A model generated the notes under the pieces. That model was given only the letters and a program-made list of their open reading frames with translations, ran no database searches and was not told the origin of the DNA. From positions 1 to 38,837 of the forward strand of contig CAYZRE010000003.1 of the NCBI GenBank assembly GCA_964479835.1: 38,837 nt of DNA, written 5' to 3'. This DNA comes from an uncultured Candidatus Saccharibacteria bacterium (GTDB taxonomy: Bacteria > Patescibacteriota > Minisyncoccia > 2-02-FULL-40-12 > GWA2-44-9). Of the stretch, positions 10,416 to 18,912 are shown piece by piece. Positions within the stretch are counted from its first letter, which is position 1; each line of letters starts with the position of its first letter. A program made the translations under genes and the position numbers.

Positions 10416-11027
10416 ATGGCCTATTTCCACGATACTCGTGAGCGTCTCATCGCGCACAGAAATAGTATGCTTGGAAAAGTGCTAGATTATGGCGCGGGTG
10501 GTGGGAAAAATCGGTTGCTTTTAACGCCGAATCAGGGGGTTTATGTTGCCTTCGATTTAACCCCACCGATAGATGGAGTTGTTGGCGATGTTCATTCTGC
10601 CCCCTTCGCTGATTCAAGTTTTGACGTCGTTGTCTGCAACCAAGTACTGGAACATGTTCCAAGACCGACAATCGTGGTTCGGGAAATATACCGACTTGTA
10701 AAACATGGCGGGCTCGTTTTAGTCACGGCTCCATTTATGTTTCCCTATCACGCCGATCCCGGTGACTATTTTCGGTACTCTCAATCAGGTCTGAGCGAGA
10801 TATTTCGCGAAGCCGGTTTTTCGATTATCGACGCGGGCACGATTGGGGGTCCCGCTTCTGTGGTTTCGGATGCCATCCGTATGACAATCGCCAACCCATA
10901 TCAAAGAAAACCGTCTGCCATGCGTAGAAGAGTAGTCCGATATGCGGACGCCATTGCTCGGAGAGTGAACCGGATGTGGAAGTCAGATATCATATACACC
11001 AACGCGTATGTCTTGGCGAAAAAATAA
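10416..11027 (+). CDS. Class I SAM-dependent methyltransferase
   Basis: VLDYGAGGG, PFADSSFDVVVCNQVLEHVP, YHADPGDYFRY. Start at ATG 10416. Confidence 0.88.
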   Translation: MAYFHDTRERLIAHRNSMLGKVLDYGAGGGKNRLLLTPNQGVYVAFDLTPPIDGVVGDVHSAPFADSSFDVVVCNQVLEHVPRPTIVVREIYRLVKHGGLVLVTAPFMFPYHADPGDYFRYSQSGLSEIFREAGFSIIDAGTIGGPASVVSDAIRMTIANPYQRKPSAMRRRVVRYADAIARRVNRMWKSDIIYTNAYVLAKK

Positions 11028-11673
11028 TATATTTATCGGACAGCCGGATCGCATGTCGCTCAAGCGTGCTGTTGTCTCATGCAAGCAATATTTGCGTGGC
11101 GCCGTGCTGGATGTGGGCGCGGGTCCCGCGGACCGCTACGGGCACCTTGTTGACGGAGTCCTCACAAGAATGGACATACGACCAGGTGACGATATCGCGT
11201 TGGTCGGAACCGTTGAAGCCATCCCGGTACCCGATAGTTCATTTGATGCGATTCTCTGTACACAGGTGATTGAGCATGTGCGGCAACCATGGCGTGCACC
11301 CAAGGAATTTTTTCGTATCCTGAAAGCCGGGGGACATGCGGTTATCACGGTGCCACAGCTCAATGAACTACATGAGGAGCCACACGACTACTTTCGATAC
11401 ACAAATCATGGAATTTCTTCCCTATTTGTAGACGCAGGATTCGTAGTCGTCAACATCGTCCGCCGTGGGGGCGTGTGGTCATCGCTTGCGCAGATTATGA
11501 TTCGATATTTGACCGATTGTTTCGGTATGTACAATCGAGCAATTCTTGGTCGCGTTTTTGGTCGTCTGGCGACACTGGCGGCCAGAGTTTCACTGTGGTT
11601 GGATGCTCGTGATACATCCCGGGCTGGATGCAAGCACGCATTGGGTTGGTGTATTGTGGTGATGAAGCCATGA
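11008..11673 (+). CDS. Class I SAM-dependent methyltransferase
   Basis: VLDVGAG, SFDAILCTQVIEHV, LHEEPHDYFRYT. Confidence 0.88.
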   Translation: MSWRKNNIFIGQPDRMSLKRAVVSCKQYLRGAVLDVGAGPADRYGHLVDGVLTRMDIRPGDDIALVGTVEAIPVPDSSFDAILCTQVIEHVRQPWRAPKEFFRILKAGGHAVITVPQLNELHEEPHDYFRYTNHGISSLFVDAGFVVVNIVRRGGVWSSLAQIMIRYLTDCFGMYNRAILGRVFGRLATLAARVSLWLDARDTSRAGCKHALGWCIVVMKP

Positions 11674-12818
11674 AGATTCTTATTTTATCTGACGACCATC
11701 CCGACCTTGAGCTTGGCGGTGCCGGGCGCATCGCACACCAGTCCGCGCAGTGGCTGGCGGCGCGCGGTCACGAGGTGTGGTTCGTTGCCGCAAGTGCTGA
11801 TATGTCCCATATCGGAACACAAGAAGTTGACGGCCTTCACTCGCGAATTGTCTACATCCCAAAAGTGAGAGTGCCCTTTCTGCGGACGCTGTATTCGTGG
11901 CCAGGTGTTCGGGAGGCGCGTCGCATTGCGCGGGAAGTGAAGCCCGATGTCATTCACGCGCACGGTGTCCATCGGATGTGGTCGTTTGCGGTTCTGCGGG
12001 CAGTTCGACCGTTGACTCGGCGACTCGTGTGGACCGCGCATGATGTGATGTCGGTTTCTGCGACAAAGGCGCACCAGGATAAGAAGCCACAGGGTTTTTC
12101 AAATCGTATCCGTGTCTGGTGGACCCGCAAGATGGTACAAAACACAGACAAGGTGCTGGCTGTCAGTAATGCGCTTGGCCGTTATCTCACCGGCGCGGGG
12201 CTTCATTCGAATATTTTAACGCTTCACAATGCCATTGATGTGATGACATGGGATGAAATCAGGTGCGAACAGAGGTCCTTGTTCCCGAAGCATTCAGTAC
12301 TTTTGAGCGGTCGTATGAGTGGCACCAAAGGCGTGTATGTCGCCATCGATGCGATGCGACAGGTAAAAATCCGTTTGCCAGATGCAACACTCATACTTGC
12401 TGGCGGCCCAAAGTCGGCTATCCAAAAAGCTGTCGCGTATGCAGCCGATTCGTCGCTGATACAAATAGTCGGCCAACAGAATCATGAAAACATGAAGTGT
12501 CTGATGCAATCGTGCGCTCTCGTCATGACACCCTCAACATATTTGGACCCATTCCCGACGGTGAATCTTGAGGCAATGGCGGTAGGGATACCGGTTGTGG
12601 GTACGAAGTTTGGTGGAACACCGGAACTGGTTGTGGACGGTGAAACGGGCTTCATTGTTGACCCGTCAGACGCGCAGGCATTTGCAGACGCTCTGACGAA
12701 GATTCTGACCGATGAGAATCTGCGCGCGCGCATGGGGGCCGCGGGGCGGAACCGTGTCCTTGAGAAATTCAACGCACAGTCGTACACTGATGCGCTGCTG
12801 AACATCTACACACTATGA
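11670..12818 (+). CDS. Glycosyltransferase family 4
   Basis: N-terminal ELGGAG, SGRMSGTKG, DPFPTVNLEAMAVGIPVVGTKFGG. Start at ATG 11670, an ATGA overlap. Confidence 0.92.
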   Translation: MKILILSDDHPDLELGGAGRIAHQSAQWLAARGHEVWFVAASADMSHIGTQEVDGLHSRIVYIPKVRVPFLRTLYSWPGVREARRIAREVKPDVIHAHGVHRMWSFAVLRAVRPLTRRLVWTAHDVMSVSATKAHQDKKPQGFSNRIRVWWTRKMVQNTDKVLAVSNALGRYLTGAGLHSNILTLHNAIDVMTWDEIRCEQRSLFPKHSVLLSGRMSGTKGVYVAIDAMRQVKIRLPDATLILAGGPKSAIQKAVAYAADSSLIQIVGQQNHENMKCLMQSCALVMTPSTYLDPFPTVNLEAMAVGIPVVGTKFGGTPELVVDGETGFIVDPSDAQAFADALTKILTDENLRARMGAAGRNRVLEKFNAQSYTDALLNIYTL

Positions 12819-13531
12819 CACGAGAATTCTATGATCGTATGAGCGACCACTATTCCCGCGACCGGTACCTCTCAGGTATCACCAATGCGGTCCAGTACTC
12901 TTACGCGCAAAGATTGAACATCGTTCGCGTGTTTGCGCGTCGCGCGCTCATGGGTACGACGCATGCCCGTATTTTGGATGTGGGAACTGCCGACGGGTAT
13001 GTGCTCCGGCGTATTTATGATGATAATGCCAGTCACATCGCTGCGATGGTTGGCAACGACATCGCCCCGAAGATGTTGGAGGAAGCAAGGCGTCAATCGA
13101 CCGGCTATCCGGTAACGTTTGTCTTGCGAGGTCAGGAACCTGCCGGTGAGTACAATCTTCTGATGGAAATTGGCGTTCACATGCCAGACCCACAAGCGGA
13201 AATTGAATGGATAGTGGAGCGTGTGAATCATGGCGGCTACGCCATCATCACAGTGGCGAACCGCTACTCATGGTATTCACGGCAGAAACTCCGCAATAAA
13301 CCATATATAGTGGATTATCGTACATTTCAAGAATACGAGCATTATATCGCGAGCTCGTTCGATATTTTGGAGAAGCGAACCCTCGGCATTTTTATACCCA
13401 AACTGTGGGTACTGCCGTCGTTCTTTGCACGACTTATTCAGACTGTCGCGGAGTGGATTATAGAGCGGTTGGCGCCCAACACCATGCACGAGCGTGTCTA
13501 CTTGCTTCGGCTACGCGCACCGCGTTCGTAG
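12815..13531 (+). CDS. Class I SAM-dependent methyltransferase
   Basis: ILDVGTADG, GNDIAPKMLEEA. Confidence 0.8.
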   Translation: MTREFYDRMSDHYSRDRYLSGITNAVQYSYAQRLNIVRVFARRALMGTTHARILDVGTADGYVLRRIYDDNASHIAAMVGNDIAPKMLEEARRQSTGYPVTFVLRGQEPAGEYNLLMEIGVHMPDPQAEIEWIVERVNHGGYAIITVANRYSWYSRQKLRNKPYIVDYRTFQEYEHYIASSFDILEKRTLGIFIPKLWVLPSFFARLIQTVAEWIIERLAPNTMHERVYLLRLRAPRS

Positions 13532-14775
13532 AGGAATAGGAGAGCGCTTAAGATGAATAGCATGCTCCAGGTGATGGTATTTTCGGCGACTGCACCCCAG
13601 ATGCCATAACGGGGGATGAGCGTTGCAGCTAGCGCAAGGGCGACGATGTCGGGAATCAGACGAAGCATATACATACGTTTAGTTTGCCTACGCACAAAAA
13701 TTCCTGTCCCAAAAAGGGTTATGCCGGGAATAAGGATAAGCCCGAGGGCATAGATGCGGGAGTACATGACAGCATCAAGGTATGCAGGAAAGAACAGACG
13801 GTACAGGTAGGGTGCGGCTACCCAGTATGCGGCCACTGCCAGTACGGCCGCGGCGGTCAGCCGGAGCGTCTTGTCCAGAATACTGCCCCGAAGGTCTTCC
13901 GATGGCGTTGTGCTGAACTTTGGAACGGCAATATTTAGAAAGCTTTTCATGATACCCCTGATTTGTTCGGGGAAGGCAATGGCAAATGCGTATAAAGCAA
14001 GAGGTGCGGCTCCGGCGCCGTGGAAGACCCAGAGCTTATCGGCCTGCACGGCTGCAACACTGATAACGCTCATAAAACTCAAGTGGCGCCCAAACGCGAT
14101 GGCGTATTCATCAACAGTATGGTTGGGGTGCAGTCGGTACCGCATGTAACCGTAGGTAAGCGCCGCGCCGATTAGCGAACCCGCGAAGTAGGCCAGTACA
14201 GTTGCGGTGACAGAACGCCAGATGAGAACTGCAGCGGCGACCGCGACGACGGTACACGCTTGTGATGCCAGGGAGATGGCTGTGCCTTCACGGAACAACT
14301 TCTTGCCCGCGTAGAATCCCCCGGCGATATTGAGTGTTGAGGTAAGCGGAAGTATGAGCGCGGCGGCTGCAAATGAAAATGCAAGCGTGAAGTTTGAATG
14401 GTATGCGTAGTATGCGGCAGCTGCGGTACCGGCCAGCGTGAGTATCCATGACCATCGCCACTGCAGGCGCATTGCCCGACCGATTGTACCTTCGTGTCCG
14501 CGGGCAACCGCCTGTATCGCAGCGGACGACAGTCCGGACAGCGACAACGCTCCCAGCACACTGACAGCCGCGAGAACAAATTTATACGAACCATAGAGTT
14601 CGCGTGAGGTGAAGTTCGCAAAGAAGACGGCAAGAAGAAATGAGAGCGCCATGCCTCCGATGTGACCGACTGTCACCCAAGTTCCACCACGCGCGACATA
14701 CAGCATATCGGTTCGCGCGTACTGCTGACTCCAAAGGACCCAGCTTCGGAGCGTGTTCTTGACATCTTGAATCAT
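13498..14775 (-). CDS. Wzx-like oligosaccharide flippase (MOP superfamily)
   Basis: About 12 TM helices, ELYGSYKFV, DKLWV, LALYAFA. Start at ATG 14775 (MIQDVK), supported by an adjacent promoter. The listed upstream extension to 15069 overlaps the opposite gene. Confidence 0.8.
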   Translation of the reverse strand: MIQDVKNTLRSWVLWSQQYARTDMLYVARGGTWVTVGHIGGMALSFLLAVFFANFTSRELYGSYKFVLAAVSVLGALSLSGLSSAAIQAVARGHEGTIGRAMRLQWRWSWILTLAGTAAAAYYAYHSNFTLAFSFAAAALILPLTSTLNIAGGFYAGKKLFREGTAISLASQACTVVAVAAAVLIWRSVTATVLAYFAGSLIGAALTYGYMRYRLHPNHTVDEYAIAFGRHLSFMSVISVAAVQADKLWVFHGAGAAPLALYAFAIAFPEQIRGIMKSFLNIAVPKFSTTPSEDLRGSILDKTLRLTAAAVLAVAAYWVAAPYLYRLFFPAYLDAVMYSRIYALGLILIPGITLFGTGIFVRRQTKRMYMLRLIPDIVALALAATLIPRYGIWGAVAENTITWSMLFILSALLFLYERGARSRSK

Positions 14776-14784
14776 CGTGTGTGT

Positions 14785-14813
14785 AGTATACCTCATTTCG
14801 GGATTGAATTCAA
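14785..14813 (-). promoter_or_regulatory. Predicted sigma70-type promoter of minus-strand flippase
   Basis: TTGAAT (14813-14808), 17 bp spacer, TATACT (14790-14785). Confidence 0.65.
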
Positions 14814-14825
14814 TCTGGTACGATA

Positions 14826-16163
14826 TTGAGCGTGATTCCATTCCTTCGACGCATGTCCGGACACCCATTCGTACGTGGCGCACTGCAATTCCAGCTTGGC
14901 TCCGTGGGGGCCATGTTGGTTCAGGCGATTGCCGGTGTTGTGTTGGCGCGGCTACTGGGGCCACATGAATATGGCCGTTTTGCGATTGTGATGTCGATGG
15001 CTGCCGTGGGGAGTGTGCTGTTGGGCGCGGGAGCGGCCGATGCCATGGCTCCGGTGTTGTCTCGCGCACATCACAGCGGTGACGATACGGGCGTGCGGGA
15101 CGCGATTCTTTTTTTAGGGAAATTTGTTCTCATCACCGCGGCAATCGTATTCGTCTTTGGACTTTCCATACCCGCGCTTGCGGGCCACTTCTACGGCGAC
15201 CGTATGCTCGGTTGGTTCGCATTCGCGGTGCTCATGGCATCAGCGGTGTCCACGGTGTTACTTACGCCCACCCAGTTAGCTCTCCAGGTATTCGGACGCA
15301 TTGGCAAGCTATCGGCGCTGACATTCGCTGACCAGACAATTCGGCAGGGCTTCGTTGTCGGACTTGTGCTCGCAGGACTTGGTGTTGCCGGTGCCTCGCT
15401 CGGACATCTTATCGGGGCGCTCGTTGTGCTTATGGCATCAGCCGCGTTCTGGTGGCGCTTGCGTCAGGCGTGGCCTCTGGTGCCGTCAATCGACTCGCTG
15501 TGGAAAGATGTTCCGGACACAGGACGACAGTATATCCGTCCCACGCTGTGGGTCTTAGCGGATCGCAATCTTGCGATGCTCTATGGTGCAGCACCCGTAG
15601 CACTTGCAGCGCTTTTCTTGACGGCTACCGATGTATCCTATTTCAAAATTGCGTTGGGATGGGTCACATTGGCGCTTGCGGTGTTGAGTCCCGTGTCGGT
15701 ACTACTGAATACTGAGCTCGCCCGGATTCAAGTGCAGCAACCTCTATATCTGCGCGCGCGGTTTATCCGGATTACTGGAGTTGCTGTCGTTGCGTCAGCT
15801 TTCGTGACGGGTATTGCCGCGCTTATTGCGCGTCCGGTCTTTCAGATATTATATGGGGCACAATACGCCGCAGCCGTACCTTTAGTGTATTGGCTAGTGC
15901 CATTTGGTGCATTGTTCGGTCTGGGTGTCGCGTTGGGGCCGATGTGGCGAGTCATTAATAAGGTAAGGGTGAGTATTGTCATAAACATAGTTGTGCTTTG
16001 TACGGGCGTGCCGCTGGCTCTGCTTGCTATGCGGCATTGGGGGGTACTGGGTGCTGTTGCAATGGTGACCGCTTGGTACACATTTTCGCATGGAGTGTCG
16101 CTTCTTTATTTGTTTCGTCATCTACAGGGCGAACATATTGCCTCATCAGCGCAGACCCTATAA
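14826..16163 (+). CDS. Wzx-like oligosaccharide flippase (MOP superfamily)
   Basis: LARLLGPHEYGRF, multi-TM, YGAQYAAAVP, WGVLGA. The true start may be GTG 14832. Confidence 0.82.
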   Translation: MSVIPFLRRMSGHPFVRGALQFQLGSVGAMLVQAIAGVVLARLLGPHEYGRFAIVMSMAAVGSVLLGAGAADAMAPVLSRAHHSGDDTGVRDAILFLGKFVLITAAIVFVFGLSIPALAGHFYGDRMLGWFAFAVLMASAVSTVLLTPTQLALQVFGRIGKLSALTFADQTIRQGFVVGLVLAGLGVAGASLGHLIGALVVLMASAAFWWRLRQAWPLVPSIDSLWKDVPDTGRQYIRPTLWVLADRNLAMLYGAAPVALAALFLTATDVSYFKIALGWVTLALAVLSPVSVLLNTELARIQVQQPLYLRARFIRITGVAVVASAFVTGIAALIARPVFQILYGAQYAAAVPLVYWLVPFGALFGLGVALGPMWRVINKVRVSIVINIVVLCTGVPLALLAMRHWGVLGAVAMVTAWYTFSHGVSLLYLFRHLQGEHIASSAQTL

Positions 16164-16175
16164 TATGGGAAGGCC

Positions 16176-18476
16176 ATGAATAACGAACCCGGACTGGCAA
16201 AGTGGCTGCGCTGGCTGATTTACGCCAGCGCGCTTGTGCCGCTAGTCATTTTCAGCCAGTACATGTCACCCTTCCACTTCGGGAAGGTGGTGGTGTTGCG
16301 CAGTATTGTGCAGGTGATGGGCGTTTTGTACCTCCTACTCATCTGGCGCGATCGTAGCTATCTGCCCAAGAGCCATCCGATTCTGTGGGCCTTTGTGGCG
16401 TTTACCGCCGCATTCACGCTTACGAGTATTACTTCGGTAGCCTCGATGCAGAGCTATTGGGGCACGCTCGAGCGCATGGGCGGCCTGTTTACCTTTTGGC
16501 ACTATCTCGCCTTCTTTATCATGATGGTGTCGGTTTTGCGTACACGGCGAGATTGGCAGATTCTTTTAGATATTATGATTGCCGTTGGAGTTGCATCAGC
16601 AATCTATGGCTTCCTGCAGAAGACCGATTGGTCATTCATTCTCGGTTCCGGTAATCGTCAGCGTATCTTTGGGACCATCGGAAATCCGGCGTTGTTCGCA
16701 GGGCATCAGATTCTGGCTGCATTTTTGGCACTGACACTTTCATTCATGCAGCGCACGGCAAAGAACTGGCGCATCTGGTACCGGATTGCGGGTGGCATGA
16801 TGCTATTAGCGGCCATGTCTACTGCGGTGCGCGGTTCGCTCGTTGGTATTGTAGTTGGTGTATTGGTGTGGGCATTGCTATGGAGTACTCTCGACCGCAG
16901 TAGGAAGGCGAAAACTGCACTTTTGACCGGCCTGTCCGGGCTTGTTGTTTTCGTTTTTCTGGCCATCATGCTGCGCGCCACCCCACTCGTACAGAACTCG
17001 CCGTATCTCACACGCATCACTGATTTTTCCAGCAGTACATTCACCGTAAAAACGCGCTTCTGGGCATGGTCCGCCGGCCTGAAGGGATGGAGTGAAAATC
17101 CCAAGACAGTGCTGCTTGGTTGGGGCCCGGAGAACTTCAATGTTCCGTTCAGCAAATACTTTAATCCAAAATTCTTCACCGGGCCGGGCGCGGAAACATT
17201 CTTTGACCGGGCGCATAACATGTTCATGGAGGTGCTGGTGACTATGGGACTGGTGGGATTGCTCACCTACATCAGTATTTTTGCGACCTTGTTCTGGGTA
17301 TTAGCAAAGATGATGCATGCGCCCGGGGACGGACGGGTGATGGGGATTGGTTTTACTGCCATGACGATTGCGTACATCATCCATAACTGTTTTATCTTCG
17401 ACACTTCTGCGAACTTTCTCACATTCTTCATGCTGTTGGCTTACGCGATGCATGTGTCCGTCCATGGAATGGACGGAAGTGAAAAGTTTCAAGTGCAAAA
17501 TGATAAATTGCGGAGAGCGAGGAGGGTTCCGTGGTCTGGGCTACAGGTCACAACTGCACTTGTACTTGGCGTTGTTGTGATGATTACTGTGTACGCGACG
17601 AACGTTCGACCGACGAAGGCGAACTACGCATCAACACGCGCCATCATCGCCGGCTGGCAGGGAGATTGGGTAGGTGCAGTCAACAAATACCGAGAAGCGA
17701 TTGATTACGACACCCCCGGACGCTATGAATTCCGGCACCGATTCGCCCAGTATCTGCTCGAGTTAAGCAGTTCGACGGATATTTCAAAGGTTCCAAACTT
17801 TACCGAGGTTACCCTGCAGGCGATTTCAGACATACAGAATAATGTTGCCGAAAATCCCCAGGACTATTTACCGCACCTCTATCTCTCGCGGCTTTATCTC
17901 ACATTGGGCAAAGAAAGTTCCAAGAGCCCATACAACGACACGGCACTCCAAGAATCCGCCAAAGCTTTGGAGATCAGCCCGACATTTGTGCGCACATACT
18001 ACGAAGTCGCGCAGGCATATCTGAACAAAGGAGATGCCCAGAGCGCGTTCATCTGGTTTGAAAAAGCAGCGAAACTGCAACCGGATGTCGGAACTACCTA
18101 TTGGTATATGGGTACGGTCAGATATCAAATTGCCGCGAAGACCGATGATACGGCGGGCCTGAAGGAGGCCGTCGGGTATTTCAGTACCGCACTGGAAAAG
18201 GGGCACTCACTTACCGAAAACGATGCAAAAATGTTAGTGAATGTTTTCCTAAAGGTAGACGACATGAATGGCGTTATAGCGGTATTCCAGCAATTGACCG
18301 CCGGTTTCCCGACTAATTCTCAGTATTGGAGATCGCTGGCGGAGGCGTACGCGAGAGCCGGCCGCACACAGGACGCAATCGCAACTTCTCGCAAACTCAT
18401 CGAGTTATTCCCGAATGACGCTCAAGTCAAAGCCGATGCCGAGAAGTTTATTCGTTCTCTCGGAGGAAGTATCTAG
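16176..18476 (+). CDS. O-antigen ligase/Wzy_C-family membrane protein with C-terminal TPR repeats (possible oligosaccharyltransferase)
   Basis: GTIGNPALFA, TAVRGS, RFWAW, GWGPENF, DRAHNMF, followed by TPR-like helices (ALEISPTF, AAKLQPD). Confidence 0.85.
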   Translation: MNNEPGLAKWLRWLIYASALVPLVIFSQYMSPFHFGKVVVLRSIVQVMGVLYLLLIWRDRSYLPKSHPILWAFVAFTAAFTLTSITSVASMQSYWGTLERMGGLFTFWHYLAFFIMMVSVLRTRRDWQILLDIMIAVGVASAIYGFLQKTDWSFILGSGNRQRIFGTIGNPALFAGHQILAAFLALTLSFMQRTAKNWRIWYRIAGGMMLLAAMSTAVRGSLVGIVVGVLVWALLWSTLDRSRKAKTALLTGLSGLVVFVFLAIMLRATPLVQNSPYLTRITDFSSSTFTVKTRFWAWSAGLKGWSENPKTVLLGWGPENFNVPFSKYFNPKFFTGPGAETFFDRAHNMFMEVLVTMGLVGLLTYISIFATLFWVLAKMMHAPGDGRVMGIGFTAMTIAYIIHNCFIFDTSANFLTFFMLLAYAMHVSVHGMDGSEKFQVQNDKLRRARRVPWSGLQVTTALVLGVVVMITVYATNVRPTKANYASTRAIIAGWQGDWVGAVNKYREAIDYDTPGRYEFRHRFAQYLLELSSSTDISKVPNFTEVTLQAISDIQNNVAENPQDYLPHLYLSRLYLTLGKESSKSPYNDTALQESAKALEISPTFVRTYYEVAQAYLNKGDAQSAFIWFEKAAKLQPDVGTTYWYMGTVRYQIAAKTDDTAGLKEAVGYFSTALEKGHSLTENDAKMLVNVFLKVDDMNGVIAVFQQLTAGFPTNSQYWRSLAEAYARAGRTQDAIATSRKLIELFPNDAQVKADAEKFIRSLGGSI

Positions 18477-18504
18477 CTGATAGCTTCTAGCTGTGAGCTG
18501 TGAG
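18475..18504. repeat. 7-bp-period AGCT tandem array (left flank of four-helix-bundle gene)
   Basis: AGCT at 18475, 18482, 18489 and 18496, then AG at 18503. Confidence 0.9.
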
Positions 18505-18518
18505 GGGGGATGGAATAT

Positions 18519-18872
18519 CTACGCCCTCAGCCGACTAATCATAGTCGCGAGCATCTTTTGGACCTCTTCGAGTAGATTAAAAGTTTTTTGCGACTCACCG
18601 ATTAGAAATAATCGATTTGCCAACAATAGTTGTGTTTCAAGTTCAGCCGCAGATCCATACGCAATTCTTAAGAACTGACTAAAATCCTTTGCGGTACTGC
18701 GCATTCTACCTTCAGCGATATTCGAAGCAATAGAAACTGCTGCTCTCCGCATTTGACTGGTGAGGCCGTAGAGCTCTTCTCTCGGAAGTTTTGCAGTAAC
18801 CCGATAAATCTCCTCGGTAAGTTCAAGGGATTTTTGCCATACGATGAGGTCTTTGAATGATTTTGTTATCAT
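18519..18872 (-). CDS. Four-helix-bundle protein (23S rRNA IVP / S23-like family)
   Basis: SFKDLIVWQKS, P.EE.YGLTSQMRRAAVSIASNIAEG, F...AYGSAAELETQL is a textbook family signature. Confidence 0.93.
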   Translation of the reverse strand: MITKSFKDLIVWQKSLELTEEIYRVTAKLPREELYGLTSQMRRAAVSIASNIAEGRMRSTAKDFSQFLRIAYGSAAELETQLLLANRLFLIGESQKTFNLLEEVQKMLATMISRLRA

Positions 18873-18880
18873 TTTCTATA

Positions 18881-18912
18881 AGCTAACAGCTATCAGCTCA
18901 AAGCTTAAAGCT
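18881..18912. repeat. 7-bp-period AGCT tandem array (right flank, inverted relative to left)
   Basis: AGCT at 18881, 18888, 18895, 18902 and 18909. Confidence 0.9.

Noticed and set aside
14776-15069. N-terminal extension of the minus-strand flippase to 523 aa
   Set aside because: It overlaps the plus-strand flippase, and a good promoter sits directly before ATG 14775.
18519-18872. Diversity-generating retroelement (Avd-like accessory gene)
   Set aside because: No reverse transcriptase and no template/variable repeat pair with adenine-specific mismatches seen in the window.
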